Source: Candidatus Uhrbacteria bacterium CG10_big_fil_rev_8_21_14_0_10_48_16 | GTDB lineage: Bacteria; Patescibacteriota; Patescibacteriia; UBA9934; GWF2-40-263 | Direction of reading: 5' to 3' | NCBI GenBank assembly: GCA_002793515.1 | Contig: PFEU01000008.1 | Span: 6,824-70,823 of the forward strand | Length of the DNA: 64,000 nucleotides | In this document: piece by piece, positions 37,733-46,858 of the stretch | Layout of the letters: each line of letters starts with the position of its first letter | How positions within the stretch are numbered: position 1 is the first letter of the stretch | The notes under the pieces: model-generated | The model's database searches: none | What the model saw: the letters and a program-made list of their open reading frames with translations, nothing else | Told to the model about the DNA's origin: nothing | Position numbers and translations under genes: made by a program

Positions 37733-38782
37733 ATGAAAATAGCGATTGGAATGCACCTTCAAACAGGGTCGTTCGGAGGAGGAAATCAGTTTGCAACTCT
37801 TCTCACAGACCATCTTCGAAAACTCGGGCATGAGGTCTATTTCGATCTGACCCCATCTGATCTGGATCTTATTCTTATGACCGACCCTCGCACCACGTTG
37901 AAGTCGGTTGCCTTTGGTCCTGTTGAAATCATGCGGTACATTCGGGACGTGCATCCTTCTACTCTACTTGTGCATCGCATAAACGAATGTGATGAACGCA
38001 AAGGAACCCGTGCTCTTAATCGCATCCTTGCTGTCAGCAATGAGATCATGGATCACACGGTTTTTATTTCTTCGTGGCTTGAAAAGCTCCACTGCCAACA
38101 ACATCCGTTTACAACATCCCGCTCTGTTATTTACAACGGAGCAGATCCTTCCGTTTTTACCTATCAAAAAAAGGAACTTCCAACCACAAGAAAAATAAAG
38201 CTTGTCACGCACCACTGGAGTGCAAACTGGAATAAAGGATGGGATGTTTACATGCATCTTGATCATCTCCTTTCAGAAACATCTCTCGGAGATCAGATAG
38301 AATTTACCTACATTGGAAACGCTCCAAAACTCCCTTTCAAAAAGATTCGTGTGGTTCCTCCACGCGCTGGAAAAGAACTCGCCCAAGCCCTACAAGAACA
38401 CGATCTCTATATCACCGCATCGTTGAATGAGCCCGCAGGTATGCATCACATTGAAGCTGCATCTTGCGGACTTCCACTTCTGTATCGCACCAGCGGTGCC
38501 CTTCCGGAATATGGCGCATCATTTGGTGTGGCCTTTCACGGACCAGACGATGTTGAGGCGCGACTGCATGAACTCCTTCACACGTACGACCGATTCACAC
38601 ACGCCCTTGAATCTTACCCCTACACAAGTGAATTGATGTGTCGCTCGTATACAGAATTGTTTCACTCACTCATCTCACGCAAAGAATCGATCCTTGCAGA
38701 ACGCAAGACAAACCACTTTTCTCTCGCTCGACAAATCAAGAAACACCTCCATCTCATCTGGCTTTCTTTATTGAATCGATAA
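37733..38782 (+). CDS. Glycosyltransferase (GT-B fold, GT4-like)
   Basis: MKIAIGMHLQTGSFGGGNQFATLLTDHL and …ASLNEPAGMHHIEAASCGLPLLYRTSGALPEYG. The ORF-track start at 37661 is TTG; the ATG is at 37733. Confidence 0.6.
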   Translation: MKIAIGMHLQTGSFGGGNQFATLLTDHLRKLGHEVYFDLTPSDLDLILMTDPRTTLKSVAFGPVEIMRYIRDVHPSTLLVHRINECDERKGTRALNRILAVSNEIMDHTVFISSWLEKLHCQQHPFTTSRSVIYNGADPSVFTYQKKELPTTRKIKLVTHHWSANWNKGWDVYMHLDHLLSETSLGDQIEFTYIGNAPKLPFKKIRVVPPRAGKELAQALQEHDLYITASLNEPAGMHHIEAASCGLPLLYRTSGALPEYGASFGVAFHGPDDVEARLHELLHTYDRFTHALESYPYTSELMCRSYTELFHSLISRKESILAERKTNHFSLARQIKKHLHLIWLSLLNR

Positions 38783-38794
38783 GCTCCTCCCCTT

Positions 38795-39439
38795 ATGGAT
38801 CACATGCAACCGTCACAATATTTTTCCATGAAATATCTCTCGCTTCAGCGATGGAACTCTTATTGGTATCAATTATTTGAGACAACCCAGTGTCCGAATG
38901 TCAAAACCATTCTTGAGGTAGGGATTGGGAATACCATCTGCACGTCCGTTCTTCGAAATATGGGCTACACCGTCAAGACCCTAGATGCAGACCCAACAAC
39001 TCAGGCGGATTACGTAGCAGACATCCGAACAATTCAACAGACCGTTCATGAAACATTCGATCTCACCCTCTGTTGTCAAACACTCGAACATATTCCGTAC
39101 GAAGACGTCCCGGGTGTTCTCCGATCTTTTCACAAGATCACAAATACCTGGCTCATTGTCACCCTTCCCTACACTTCACTCGGCACATTTGCTCCACGCC
39201 TATTTCTCAAGCTCCTCCCGTTCATGAAACCCTTCAAATGGGTCCGCGTCTTTCCTTTTTTTCCAAAAGAACATCCATCGAAACTCCCTGGAGGGCATTA
39301 CTGGGAAATCGGAAAAAAAGGATATGCTCTCAAGACGATTCTTCAGCTATTCGACACGTGCGGATGGGATATCGTGAAGCACTACTCGCTCTTTGAGAAT
39401 CCTTACCACTACATGCTCGTGTGTAAAAAACGAACATAG
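38795..39439 (+). CDS. Class I SAM-dependent methyltransferase
   Basis: ILEVGIGNTICTSVLRNMGYTVKTLDADP is a glycine-rich SAM loop. 214 aa. Confidence 0.6.
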   Translation: MDHMQPSQYFSMKYLSLQRWNSYWYQLFETTQCPNVKTILEVGIGNTICTSVLRNMGYTVKTLDADPTTQADYVADIRTIQQTVHETFDLTLCCQTLEHIPYEDVPGVLRSFHKITNTWLIVTLPYTSLGTFAPRLFLKLLPFMKPFKWVRVFPFFPKEHPSKLPGGHYWEIGKKGYALKTILQLFDTCGWDIVKHYSLFENPYHYMLVCKKRT

Positions 39440-39467
39440 ACAAACAGACTCACAAAAGTTCTTGTAT

Positions 39468-39494
39468 GACCCGATTCTCTTTACGAATCGGGTC
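39468..39494 (+). terminator. Intra-locus hairpin (possible attenuator/terminator or RNA processing site) between the methyltransferase and wzm
   Basis: GACCCGATTCtctttacGAATCGGGTC is a perfect 10-bp stem. Only a weak T tract follows (attt), so termination is likely partial at most. Confidence 0.35.
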
Positions 39495-39519
39495 ATTTAA
39501 ACTAATATAATAGGGTTTT

Positions 39520-40335
39520 ATGGCTGAATACGTGATCAAACCCAAACGCCCCATCGGTCTTCATCTCAAAGAAATATGGCGATTTCGTGAGTTATTCTTA
39601 GCACTCACCGTCCGAGACATGAAGGTTCGTTATAAGCAAACGGCCATTGGCGTCCTCTGGGCTGTATTTCAACCGTTCATTCTCATGGTTGTCTTTACGA
39701 TTTTCTTTGGTCGCATCGCACAAATAAGCACCAATGGTGTTCCCTACCCGATCTTTGTCTATAGTGGCTTGTTGTTCTGGAACTATTTTTCAAATGCCTT
39801 AAGCGCCGCAAGTGGAAGCATGGTCGCCAACCAAGCGATCATTCAGAAAATCTATTTTCCTCGTATCATTTTGCCCACAGCTTCTGTTGTGGTGTTTTTG
39901 TTAGATTTTATTTTTTCATCCATCATCTTTGCTGGCCTCCTGATTTACTATCACGTCACACCAAACATCACCGGCCTCTTATTATTAGTTCCCATGCTAC
40001 TCATTACCACCCTCACGCTTCTTGGCATCGGATTATTTTTTTCTGCTGTGAACGTCAAGTACCGTGATGTCCGCTATGTCCTTCCATTCTTTATTCAACT
40101 CCTTCTTTTTGTGACTCCGGTCATCTACCCAGCTACGATTTTAGGAGAATATAAATGGTTGCTCTACCTCAATCCCATGTCTGGAGTCATTGATGTCTTC
40201 CGAAGTACGTTTTTGTCACTTGGTTCTATTTCATGGCCCCTATTTGGAAGTTCGATTCTTGTAAGCATCATCTTTTTTCTTGTTGGTCTTGCCTACTTCC
40301 AAAAAACAGAACGCTATTTCGCTGATCTTATTTAG
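39520..40335 (+). CDS. wzm: ABC-2 type polysaccharide/O-antigen exporter permease (Wzm/TagG family)
   Basis: 271 aa, 6 TM. N-terminal cytoplasmic helix plus ABC2_membrane features (RDMKVRYKQTAIGVLWAVFQP…). Confidence 0.85.
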   Translation: MAEYVIKPKRPIGLHLKEIWRFRELFLALTVRDMKVRYKQTAIGVLWAVFQPFILMVVFTIFFGRIAQISTNGVPYPIFVYSGLLFWNYFSNALSAASGSMVANQAIIQKIYFPRIILPTASVVVFLLDFIFSSIIFAGLLIYYHVTPNITGLLLLVPMLLITTLTLLGIGLFFSAVNVKYRDVRYVLPFFIQLLLFVTPVIYPATILGEYKWLLYLNPMSGVIDVFRSTFLSLGSISWPLFGSSILVSIIFFLVGLAYFQKTERYFADLI

Positions 40336-40336
40336 T

Positions 40337-41596
40337 ATGGATCCTATCATTCGCGTCGAACATCTCGGAAAAAAATATCGGATCAAACATACGCAAAAAG
40401 GCTATGTTGCTCTGCGTGACGTGGTAGCAAACCTCTTTTCTTGGCGTTACTGGTTTCGTTCATCAAAAAAAGAACAGGAAGATTTTTGGGCTCTCCAAGA
40501 CGTGAACTTTGAAGTCCAAAAGGGCGAAGTCCTTGGAATTATTGGAGCAAACGGTGCTGGAAAATCGACCCTCCTAAAAATCTTGTCGAGCATCACCCCA
40601 CCTACGAACGGGGAAGTTCACATGAATGGACGAGTCATCAGTCTTTTGGAAGTAGGCACAGGGTTCCATCCAGAGTTAACGGGGCGTGAAAATATTTATC
40701 TCAACGGAGCCATCCTCGGAATGACACGCAAAGAAATTGAACAGAAATTCGATGCCATTGTTGCTTTCTCAGGAGTTGAAACGTTTTTAGATACTCCGGT
40801 AAAACGATTTAGTAGCGGAATGCAGGTTCGATTAGCATTTGCGGTTGCGGCACATTTAGAACCAGATATTTTGATCATCGACGAAGTTCTTGCCGTCGGT
40901 GATGCATCGTTTCAAAAAAAGTGTTTAGGAAAAATGGAGGAGGTCACAAAACAAGATGGCCGAACGATTTTATTTGTGAGCCACAACATGGATGCCATTG
41001 CGAAACTCTGCCAACGTTCGTTACTGCTTGATCATGGAAAGGTGATCGCAGACGGGCCAACAGATGACGTCATTGCGCGCTACCTAAACAACCACGAACA
41101 AACGCGAGCAGAGGTCACACTCACCCCTCCAGAGACTCTCGATATTGCCATCCGTTCTATCGCGATTAAGAATGACCGTGGAGCACTCTCAAATCGACTC
41201 GAGACAGGAAAACCCTTTACGATCGAAATTGAATACGAACTCAAAAAAGACGCGCATGAGGTCTATGCAGGGGTTGCGTTTATTGATCTAAAGACACAAA
41301 TTTCTGTCTTGGACACACTTGATATCGATCAAAATAAGGACCACTATCCCTTGCGAAAAAAGGGAATGTATCGTTCACTATTCACGTTTCAAGAAAATCC
41401 GTTTAATCACGGAAGATATAAGCTCTTTGTGCATATCGGATCTTTCCCTGCCACACAAACCACTCTTCATCTATCTGACGGCGATCTCACCATAACCTTC
41501 GTTTCAGGAGAAACCTTTGCGACAGATGTTCTCGATGGCACACGAAACTCAACCATGCTCCTCAACATTCCCAGTGAGATTATAAAAATTGGTTAA
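40337..41596 (+). CDS. wzt: Polysaccharide ABC exporter ATP-binding protein (Wzt/TagH) with a C-terminal carbohydrate-binding (Wzt_C-like) extension
   Basis: Walker A GANGAGKST, ABC signature FSSGMQVRLAFAVA, Walker B ILIIDEVLAVGD. Then a C-terminal extension of about 170 aa (…TLTPPETLDIAIRSIAIKNDRGA…YKLFVHIGSF…TITFVSGETFATDV) predicted to be a beta-sandwich. The ORF-track start at 40280 is TTG; the ATG is at 40337. Confidence 0.85.
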   Translation: MDPIIRVEHLGKKYRIKHTQKGYVALRDVVANLFSWRYWFRSSKKEQEDFWALQDVNFEVQKGEVLGIIGANGAGKSTLLKILSSITPPTNGEVHMNGRVISLLEVGTGFHPELTGRENIYLNGAILGMTRKEIEQKFDAIVAFSGVETFLDTPVKRFSSGMQVRLAFAVAAHLEPDILIIDEVLAVGDASFQKKCLGKMEEVTKQDGRTILFVSHNMDAIAKLCQRSLLLDHGKVIADGPTDDVIARYLNNHEQTRAEVTLTPPETLDIAIRSIAIKNDRGALSNRLETGKPFTIEIEYELKKDAHEVYAGVAFIDLKTQISVLDTLDIDQNKDHYPLRKKGMYRSLFTFQENPFNHGRYKLFVHIGSFPATQTTLHLSDGDLTITFVSGETFATDVLDGTRNSTMLLNIPSEIIKIG

Positions 41597-41601
41597 CGAC
41601 T

Positions 41602-42651
41602 ATGTTTGAATTCGGAACATCAGAACACCTTGGAGATATTTCCTATTTTTATGGAAAGCCAATCGATATCACAAAACTAAAAGTAGATGTTCTTTCCGAC
41701 GTTCGTAAAAAACTACAAAATGTTGGAGACCAAATCAAAACGCTACAAACCACCTATCCAGCTGTCCAACAAACTAGCTGTTACATTTGCAAAGACTCTG
41801 CTTCTGTTCCCTGTGCGGAAGTTTATGGATTTACCTATGTACGCTGTGCAACTTGTGGACACACGTATACAACGGAACGTTATTCGGAACAGGACCTCTT
41901 AGATTTCTATAAAAACAGCACGTTCTATTCAACACAAACGTACGGAAACCCAGCGAGTCATCAGTACCGGATCGATCATGTGGCACGTCCAAAAATGGAG
42001 TTCCTGGAGTATTTTACAAAAGGAAAAGGTCGATTGCTGGATGGAGGTTCAGGAATTGGGGATATTCCTCTCGTGGCAAAACAATCCGGTTGGGATGCGA
42101 CCGGGATTGAAGTGAGCAAAGATTCTGTCCAGTTTGGAACAGAGCAATTAGGGGCACCTCTCCTCCAAGGATCTTTCATGGAACATCTTGACCTCATAGA
42201 AGAACGTGCACTAGACGCCGTTACGCTAATCGGGTTTCTAGAACACACCATTGATCCAATCCATTTCCTCCAGCAAGTTTATACAAAGATAAAACCTGGT
42301 GGACACATCATGATTCAAGTTCCAAGTGCAGATAGTTTTGCTTCAATGATTCAAGCATCCTTTCCGCAAAACGTTTTTCGACACATGGTTCCCATGGATC
42401 ACTACCAACTCTTTTCAAAGGATTCTTTAGATCGAGCCCTAGAACAAACAGGATATACGATTCGTGGATATTGGTTTCATGGATTGGATCTCTATGAACT
42501 CATGAATCACCTATCCATCATGCATCCGGAAAGTGCCGGAACCGATTCACCACTTTTTCAAACATTCTTAGAGCACATGGACAAGCTTCAACTCGTTATG
42601 GATCAAGCACAGAAGTCAGATCGCATTATCGTCGTTGCACAAAAAATATAA
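41602..42651 (+). CDS. SAM-dependent methyltransferase with N-terminal CxxC…CxxC zinc-ribbon (Methyltransf_13-like)
   Basis: SCYICKDSASVPCAEVYGFTYVRCATCGHTY, then LLDGGSGIGDIPLVAKQSGWDATGIEVS and IKPGGHIMIQVP methyltransferase motifs. Directly follows wzt. Confidence 0.75.
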   Translation: MFEFGTSEHLGDISYFYGKPIDITKLKVDVLSDVRKKLQNVGDQIKTLQTTYPAVQQTSCYICKDSASVPCAEVYGFTYVRCATCGHTYTTERYSEQDLLDFYKNSTFYSTQTYGNPASHQYRIDHVARPKMEFLEYFTKGKGRLLDGGSGIGDIPLVAKQSGWDATGIEVSKDSVQFGTEQLGAPLLQGSFMEHLDLIEERALDAVTLIGFLEHTIDPIHFLQQVYTKIKPGGHIMIQVPSADSFASMIQASFPQNVFRHMVPMDHYQLFSKDSLDRALEQTGYTIRGYWFHGLDLYELMNHLSIMHPESAGTDSPLFQTFLEHMDKLQLVMDQAQKSDRIIVVAQKI

Positions 42652-42666
42652 CATCACCCTATACGT

Positions 42667-43725
42667 ATGCCTCACACACCCATTAAAATATTTGGAAAAA
42701 CGATTGGAGAAGGATATCCAACCTTTTTTATTGCAGAAATAGGATTGAACCACAATGGTTCCATGGACATCGCAAAACAGCTCATAGACGTAGCGGTCAA
42801 CGCCGGATGTGACGCCGTGAAGTTTCAAAAACGAGACATTGAGAGCTTGTCTGTTCGTTCTTTTCTTGATGCTCCTGACACGCGATTCCCTGAGTTTGGC
42901 TCCACCTATCGAGAGGTTCGTGAATTTGTTGAGTTCTCAGAAGAAGAGTTCACCGAACTAAAAAGGTATGCCCAAGAAAAAGAGATTCCATTTTTCGTCA
43001 CCCCTTTTGACATTCCCTCCGCGCAAATGCTCGCACGCATCGGGGTCGACGCCTATAAAAGTGCAAGTCATAATCTGACGCACATTCCTTTGTTGAAGCA
43101 TCTCATCGCCCAACAAAAGCCCATGATTGTTTCCACAGGAATGGCCATGCTTGAAGAGCTAGATCTTGCCGTGAATCTCCTTAAAGAATCCAACATCCCA
43201 TTTGTTTTACTCCATTGCGTCTCTTCCTACCCTACCGCACCTGAACTCATCAATCTCAAAACCATCGACTTTTTGCGAGAGCGCTACCAGGTTCCTGTTG
43301 GCTACTCGGGTCATGAAATGTTGGAAACCGAAAGCCTCCCAACCCTTTCAGCTGTCGCACGAGGTGCCTGTGTCGTAGAGCGTCACATCACTCTTGATCA
43401 CCACATGGTTGGGTTCGATCACAAAATTTCATTAACCCCCAATGAACTCCAGAAACTCATGGGGCAAATTCGTTCGATCGACAAAATGATGGGAACAGGC
43501 TTAAAAACGTTGTTACCGGAAGAACGAATCAAACGCGATCAACAACGTGTTTCCCTTGTTTCCTCTCGCAAAATCTCCGCAGGAGAAATCATCCAACCTG
43601 ATATGGTCTGTTTCAAAGGTCCTGGAACCGGTTTTGCCTGTTATGACCTGGATCAGATTGTGGGGAAATCAGCTATCACAGATATCGACGAAGACACCCT
43701 ATTCCAGGCTGAAATGTTTAACTGA
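42667..43725 (+). CDS. neuB: Nonulosonic acid (sialic-acid-like) synthase, NeuB/PseI/LegI family
   Basis: IGEGYPTFFIAEIGLNHNGSMDIAKQLIDVAVNAGCDAVKFQKR, a TIM-barrel NeuB signature, plus a C-terminal SAF domain (…GPGTGFACYDLDQIVGKSAITDIDEDTLFQAEMF). Confidence 0.9.
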   Translation: MPHTPIKIFGKTIGEGYPTFFIAEIGLNHNGSMDIAKQLIDVAVNAGCDAVKFQKRDIESLSVRSFLDAPDTRFPEFGSTYREVREFVEFSEEEFTELKRYAQEKEIPFFVTPFDIPSAQMLARIGVDAYKSASHNLTHIPLLKHLIAQQKPMIVSTGMAMLEELDLAVNLLKESNIPFVLLHCVSSYPTAPELINLKTIDFLRERYQVPVGYSGHEMLETESLPTLSAVARGACVVERHITLDHHMVGFDHKISLTPNELQKLMGQIRSIDKMMGTGLKTLLPEERIKRDQQRVSLVSSRKISAGEIIQPDMVCFKGPGTGFACYDLDQIVGKSAITDIDEDTLFQAEMFN

Positions 43726-43734
43726 ATTACAGGT

Positions 43735-44487
43735 ATGAATGTCACAAAAAGGCAATTTAGCCCGGGAGTCGTTGAAAAGGTAGATGCAATCCGCCAAGAG
43801 ATGGTATCGCGATATGAAATGCCCCTTGAGCGCACTACACACGTACACCTGCAGTGCGAGAAAATTTTATCAACACAACAGAAACCAGGTGTCGTCGTGC
43901 AATGCGGAGTATGGAAAGGAGCGAGCCTTTTTGCTGCCGCCCTCTTCTGTCAGAATGAAAAAATTCAAAAGCAGATATTCGGATTTGATACATTCACAGG
44001 ATTTCCCAATAAACAGATTGACCCGCACGACCACCCCAGCTATTTCAAGACTCTTTTGGACAGCAACCTTATAACCAAAGAACACTATGAAAAAGCTGCA
44101 ATCCGGACCAAGAACTTCACTGACCTTGCGCATCTTACCAATGAGCATTTTTTAGATATCGGAGAAGTTTTTGATCGAGTCGCAGAATTTGAAAACATCA
44201 AACTTATTAAGGGTACGTTTGCAGAAACCCTGCCACATTTCCAGGAACCAATCGCTGTTCTCTATATTGACTGCGATATCTACCAAGGATATAAGGAAAT
44301 TTTGAATAATCTCTATGACCTGGTGGTCGATGAAGGAGCGATAGTTTTTGATGAATATTACTCACTGAAATATCCGGGCGCCCGTGCAGCGGTGAATGAT
44401 TTTTTTCAAGACAAAAAAGGTCATTTTGAGGTATACACCACCGACGATCGTTTTGAGCGCTGGTGCTTTATAAAGAGCAGTAAATAA
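43735..44487 (+). CDS. TylF/MycF-family sugar O-methyltransferase
   Basis: GVVVQCGVWKGASLFAAALF…LYIDCDIYQGYKEILNNLYDLVVDEGAIVFDEY is the macrocin-O-methyltransferase family pattern. Confidence 0.7.
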   Translation: MNVTKRQFSPGVVEKVDAIRQEMVSRYEMPLERTTHVHLQCEKILSTQQKPGVVVQCGVWKGASLFAAALFCQNEKIQKQIFGFDTFTGFPNKQIDPHDHPSYFKTLLDSNLITKEHYEKAAIRTKNFTDLAHLTNEHFLDIGEVFDRVAEFENIKLIKGTFAETLPHFQEPIAVLYIDCDIYQGYKEILNNLYDLVVDEGAIVFDEYYSLKYPGARAAVNDFFQDKKGHFEVYTTDDRFERWCFIKSSK

Positions 44488-44529
44488 AACGTAATGGAAA
44501 CCCAGCTTGTCATTAACATCGGATAATAT

Positions 44530-45252
44530 ATGAACACGTCAGATTCGGGTCCCCGCATTTTAGCGATTACGCTCGCACGTGGTGGAAGTAAAAGTGTGCC
44601 AAGAAAAAATATTCGCCCGCTTCTTGGGAAACCGATGATTGCGTATACCATCGAAGAAGCGCTGAAGTCGAAATTCATCACACACTACGTCGTCTCAACA
44701 GAAGATAAAGAGATTGCAGACGTAGCAAAAACATACGGAGCGGATGTTCCTTTTTTGCGTCCAGAGGAACTCGCCACAGACACAAGTGCGTCAAAACCCT
44801 GCTTGCAACATGCAACAGCCTATATGGAAGATCAATTGGGTCGCCCCTTTGATTACGTTGTGGAACTCATGGCAACGAACCCACTAAAAACCGTAGAAGA
44901 TATTGACACCGCATTAGAAAAGTTAATCTCAACAGGAGCTGACTCTGTCATTGGTGTCATTCAAATTCACGATCAGCATCCATTACGTGTGAAAAAGATC
45001 GTCGATGACAAACTTGTCGACTTTTGTTTACCAGAACCCAATGAGGCGCGACGGCAAGATCTACAACCTGATGCATTTTTGCGAAATGGTTCTATCTACG
45101 CGATGAAACGTGATGTGCTCATGATTCAAGATCGACGATATGGAACAGAAAACTCGCGCCCGTATATTTTCAGTCCTGAACGCTCGGTCAATGTGGATTC
45201 ATTAGAAGACTGGTATCTTGCAGAGATGCGCCTAAAAAATCGGCAATCGTAA
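44530..45252 (+). CDS. neuA: CMP-nonulosonic acid synthetase (acylneuraminate cytidylyltransferase family, NeuA/PseF/LegF-like)
   Basis: ILAITLARGGSKSVPRKNIRPLLGKPMIAYTIEEALKS is the CTP_transf_3 N-terminal signature. Confidence 0.85.
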   Translation: MNTSDSGPRILAITLARGGSKSVPRKNIRPLLGKPMIAYTIEEALKSKFITHYVVSTEDKEIADVAKTYGADVPFLRPEELATDTSASKPCLQHATAYMEDQLGRPFDYVVELMATNPLKTVEDIDTALEKLISTGADSVIGVIQIHDQHPLRVKKIVDDKLVDFCLPEPNEARRQDLQPDAFLRNGSIYAMKRDVLMIQDRRYGTENSRPYIFSPERSVNVDSLEDWYLAEMRLKNRQS

Positions 45253-45257
45253 CCTCT

Positions 45258-46199
45258 ATGAACATCCTTTGTCTCACACCCATTAAGCACCTTTCGGGGG
45301 TGTTTGAACTCCTTTCTTCATACGGATCTGTTGACTACCAACCGGAATTCACGAAGGAACAGCTGATGGACTACCTGAAAGCGCATCAGGATGTTGATGC
45401 GCTCTTTGTAAATCCAAATAAGCAAAACTATAAACTTGACGCAGAAATTCTTGCTGGAAGTTCCGTCACATTGATCAATACCGCGTCAACTGGACTCAAC
45501 CATATTGATGTTGCTTGGTGTAAAAGACAAAACATTAACATCCTTTCGTTAACCGAAGACCACGAGCTCATCAAACGTCTTCCTTCTACATCAGAACTTG
45601 CCTTCGGTTTAATGCTTTCACTCCTTCGTCATATTCCCTCTTCCTTTGACGCGGTGAAGCGTGGCGCATGGGACTACGAACCCTTTATCGGTCATCAAAT
45701 TGAAGGTCTTACCGCCGGAATCGTTGGTTATGGACGCCTCGGAACATTCATGGCAAAGTACTGTCACGCGTTTGGGATGCGGGTCCTCGTCACAGATCCG
45801 TACAATCCTGTGTACGGATTCGATCGAGTCTCCCTAGAGGAACTCGCGCAAGAATCTGATGTCATCTCCTTACATGTTCACGTCACAGATGAAACCAGAC
45901 ACATGATCAACGCCTCCTTTATTTCAGCCACACAGAAAAGTCCGTATCTGATTAATACGTCACGAGGAGAAATTGTCGATGAACAAGCCGTGCTTGAGGG
46001 GTTGCAATCAGGAAAACTCCGAGGCTACGGAACGGATGTGATCGAAGACGAATTTGGAAATCGTGCGGAAAGTCCTATTATCCAAGCGGCACATTCTGAT
46101 CTGAATGTGCTCATCACCCCCCATACCGGTGGAATGACCTGGGAAGGTCAACAACGCGCCTACACATGGGCCGTCGAAAAGTTTAATCCTCTTTCTTGA
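45258..46199 (+). CDS. D-isomer-specific 2-hydroxyacid dehydrogenase family NAD-binding oxidoreductase
   Basis: GIVGYGRLGTFMAKYCHAFGMRVLVTDPY Rossmann motif, and the catalytic region …NTSRGEIVDEQAVLEGLQSGKLRGYGTDV…HTGG. Confidence 0.8.
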   Translation: MNILCLTPIKHLSGVFELLSSYGSVDYQPEFTKEQLMDYLKAHQDVDALFVNPNKQNYKLDAEILAGSSVTLINTASTGLNHIDVAWCKRQNINILSLTEDHELIKRLPSTSELAFGLMLSLLRHIPSSFDAVKRGAWDYEPFIGHQIEGLTAGIVGYGRLGTFMAKYCHAFGMRVLVTDPYNPVYGFDRVSLEELAQESDVISLHVHVTDETRHMINASFISATQKSPYLINTSRGEIVDEQAVLEGLQSGKLRGYGTDVIEDEFGNRAESPIIQAAHSDLNVLITPHTGGMTWEGQQRAYTWAVEKFNPLS

Positions 46200-46208
46200 G
46201 TCATTCGT

Positions 46209-46853
46209 ATGAGTAAGCTTTCCGTGATTATTCGATGTCGAGATGAAGAACGCTGGATTGGGCACGCCATCCAATCGGTATTAGATTTTGTTGACGATCC
46301 AGAAATTTTAGTCATCAACAACAAGTCAAAAGATGATTCGCTGTTGATCGTTCGACAATTCGCAGGATTCGATACGGTCCGCGTCTTAGACATTGATGAT
46401 TATTCCCCTGGAAAGGCTCTTAACTTGGGCGTCCAAGAAGCAACGAGTGACCTCATTCTCGTTCTCTCAGCACATTGTGTCTTGAAAAAATTCGATCTCC
46501 CAAACATCGCGAAAGCCCTCTCTACACACAAAGCAGTTTTTGGAAAACAACATCCAATCTACCAAGGACGAAAGATCACTCCACGATATCTCTGGGCAAA
46601 CTTTCATGACAGAGAAGAAGAGAATGCGTATTCAAAACTCGAGGACCGACTCTTCTTACATAATGGGATGTGTGTGTACCGGCGCGACATCCTTCTCGAA
46701 CATCCTTTTGACGAACAGCTTGCCGGAAAAGAAGATCGCTACTGGGCGCGCGATATCGTAAAAGCGGGATATACCTATCTCTACAGCCCATCCCTCATGG
46801 AATGTGATCACCATTGGACCACAGACGGAAATACGTGGAAAGGAATAGGGTAA
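46209..46853 (+). CDS. Glycosyltransferase family 2-like (short, 214 aa)
   Basis: LSVIIRCRDEERWIGHAIQSVLDFV…ILVINNKSKDDSLLIVRQF matches the GT-A N-terminal nucleotide-binding pattern. The DxD equivalent is LDIDDYSPG. Confidence 0.6.
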   Translation: MSKLSVIIRCRDEERWIGHAIQSVLDFVDDPEILVINNKSKDDSLLIVRQFAGFDTVRVLDIDDYSPGKALNLGVQEATSDLILVLSAHCVLKKFDLPNIAKALSTHKAVFGKQHPIYQGRKITPRYLWANFHDREEENAYSKLEDRLFLHNGMCVYRRDILLEHPFDEQLAGKEDRYWARDIVKAGYTYLYSPSLMECDHHWTTDGNTWKGIG

Positions 46854-46858
46854 TTTCT

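Noticed and set aside
39504-39511. TATAAT hexamer upstream of wzm taken as a -10 element
   Set aside because: It lies only about 8 nt upstream of the wzm ATG, too close to leave room for a 5' UTR and ribosome-binding site. More likely a chance AT-rich run; the operon promoter is probably further upstream.
42667-46199. Assigning the nonulosonic acid specifically as pseudaminic or legionaminic acid
   Set aside because: The characteristic PseB/LegB dehydratase, PseH/LegH acetyltransferase and PseG/LegG genes are not visible in the window. Without phylogeny the sugar identity cannot be fixed, so it is left generic.
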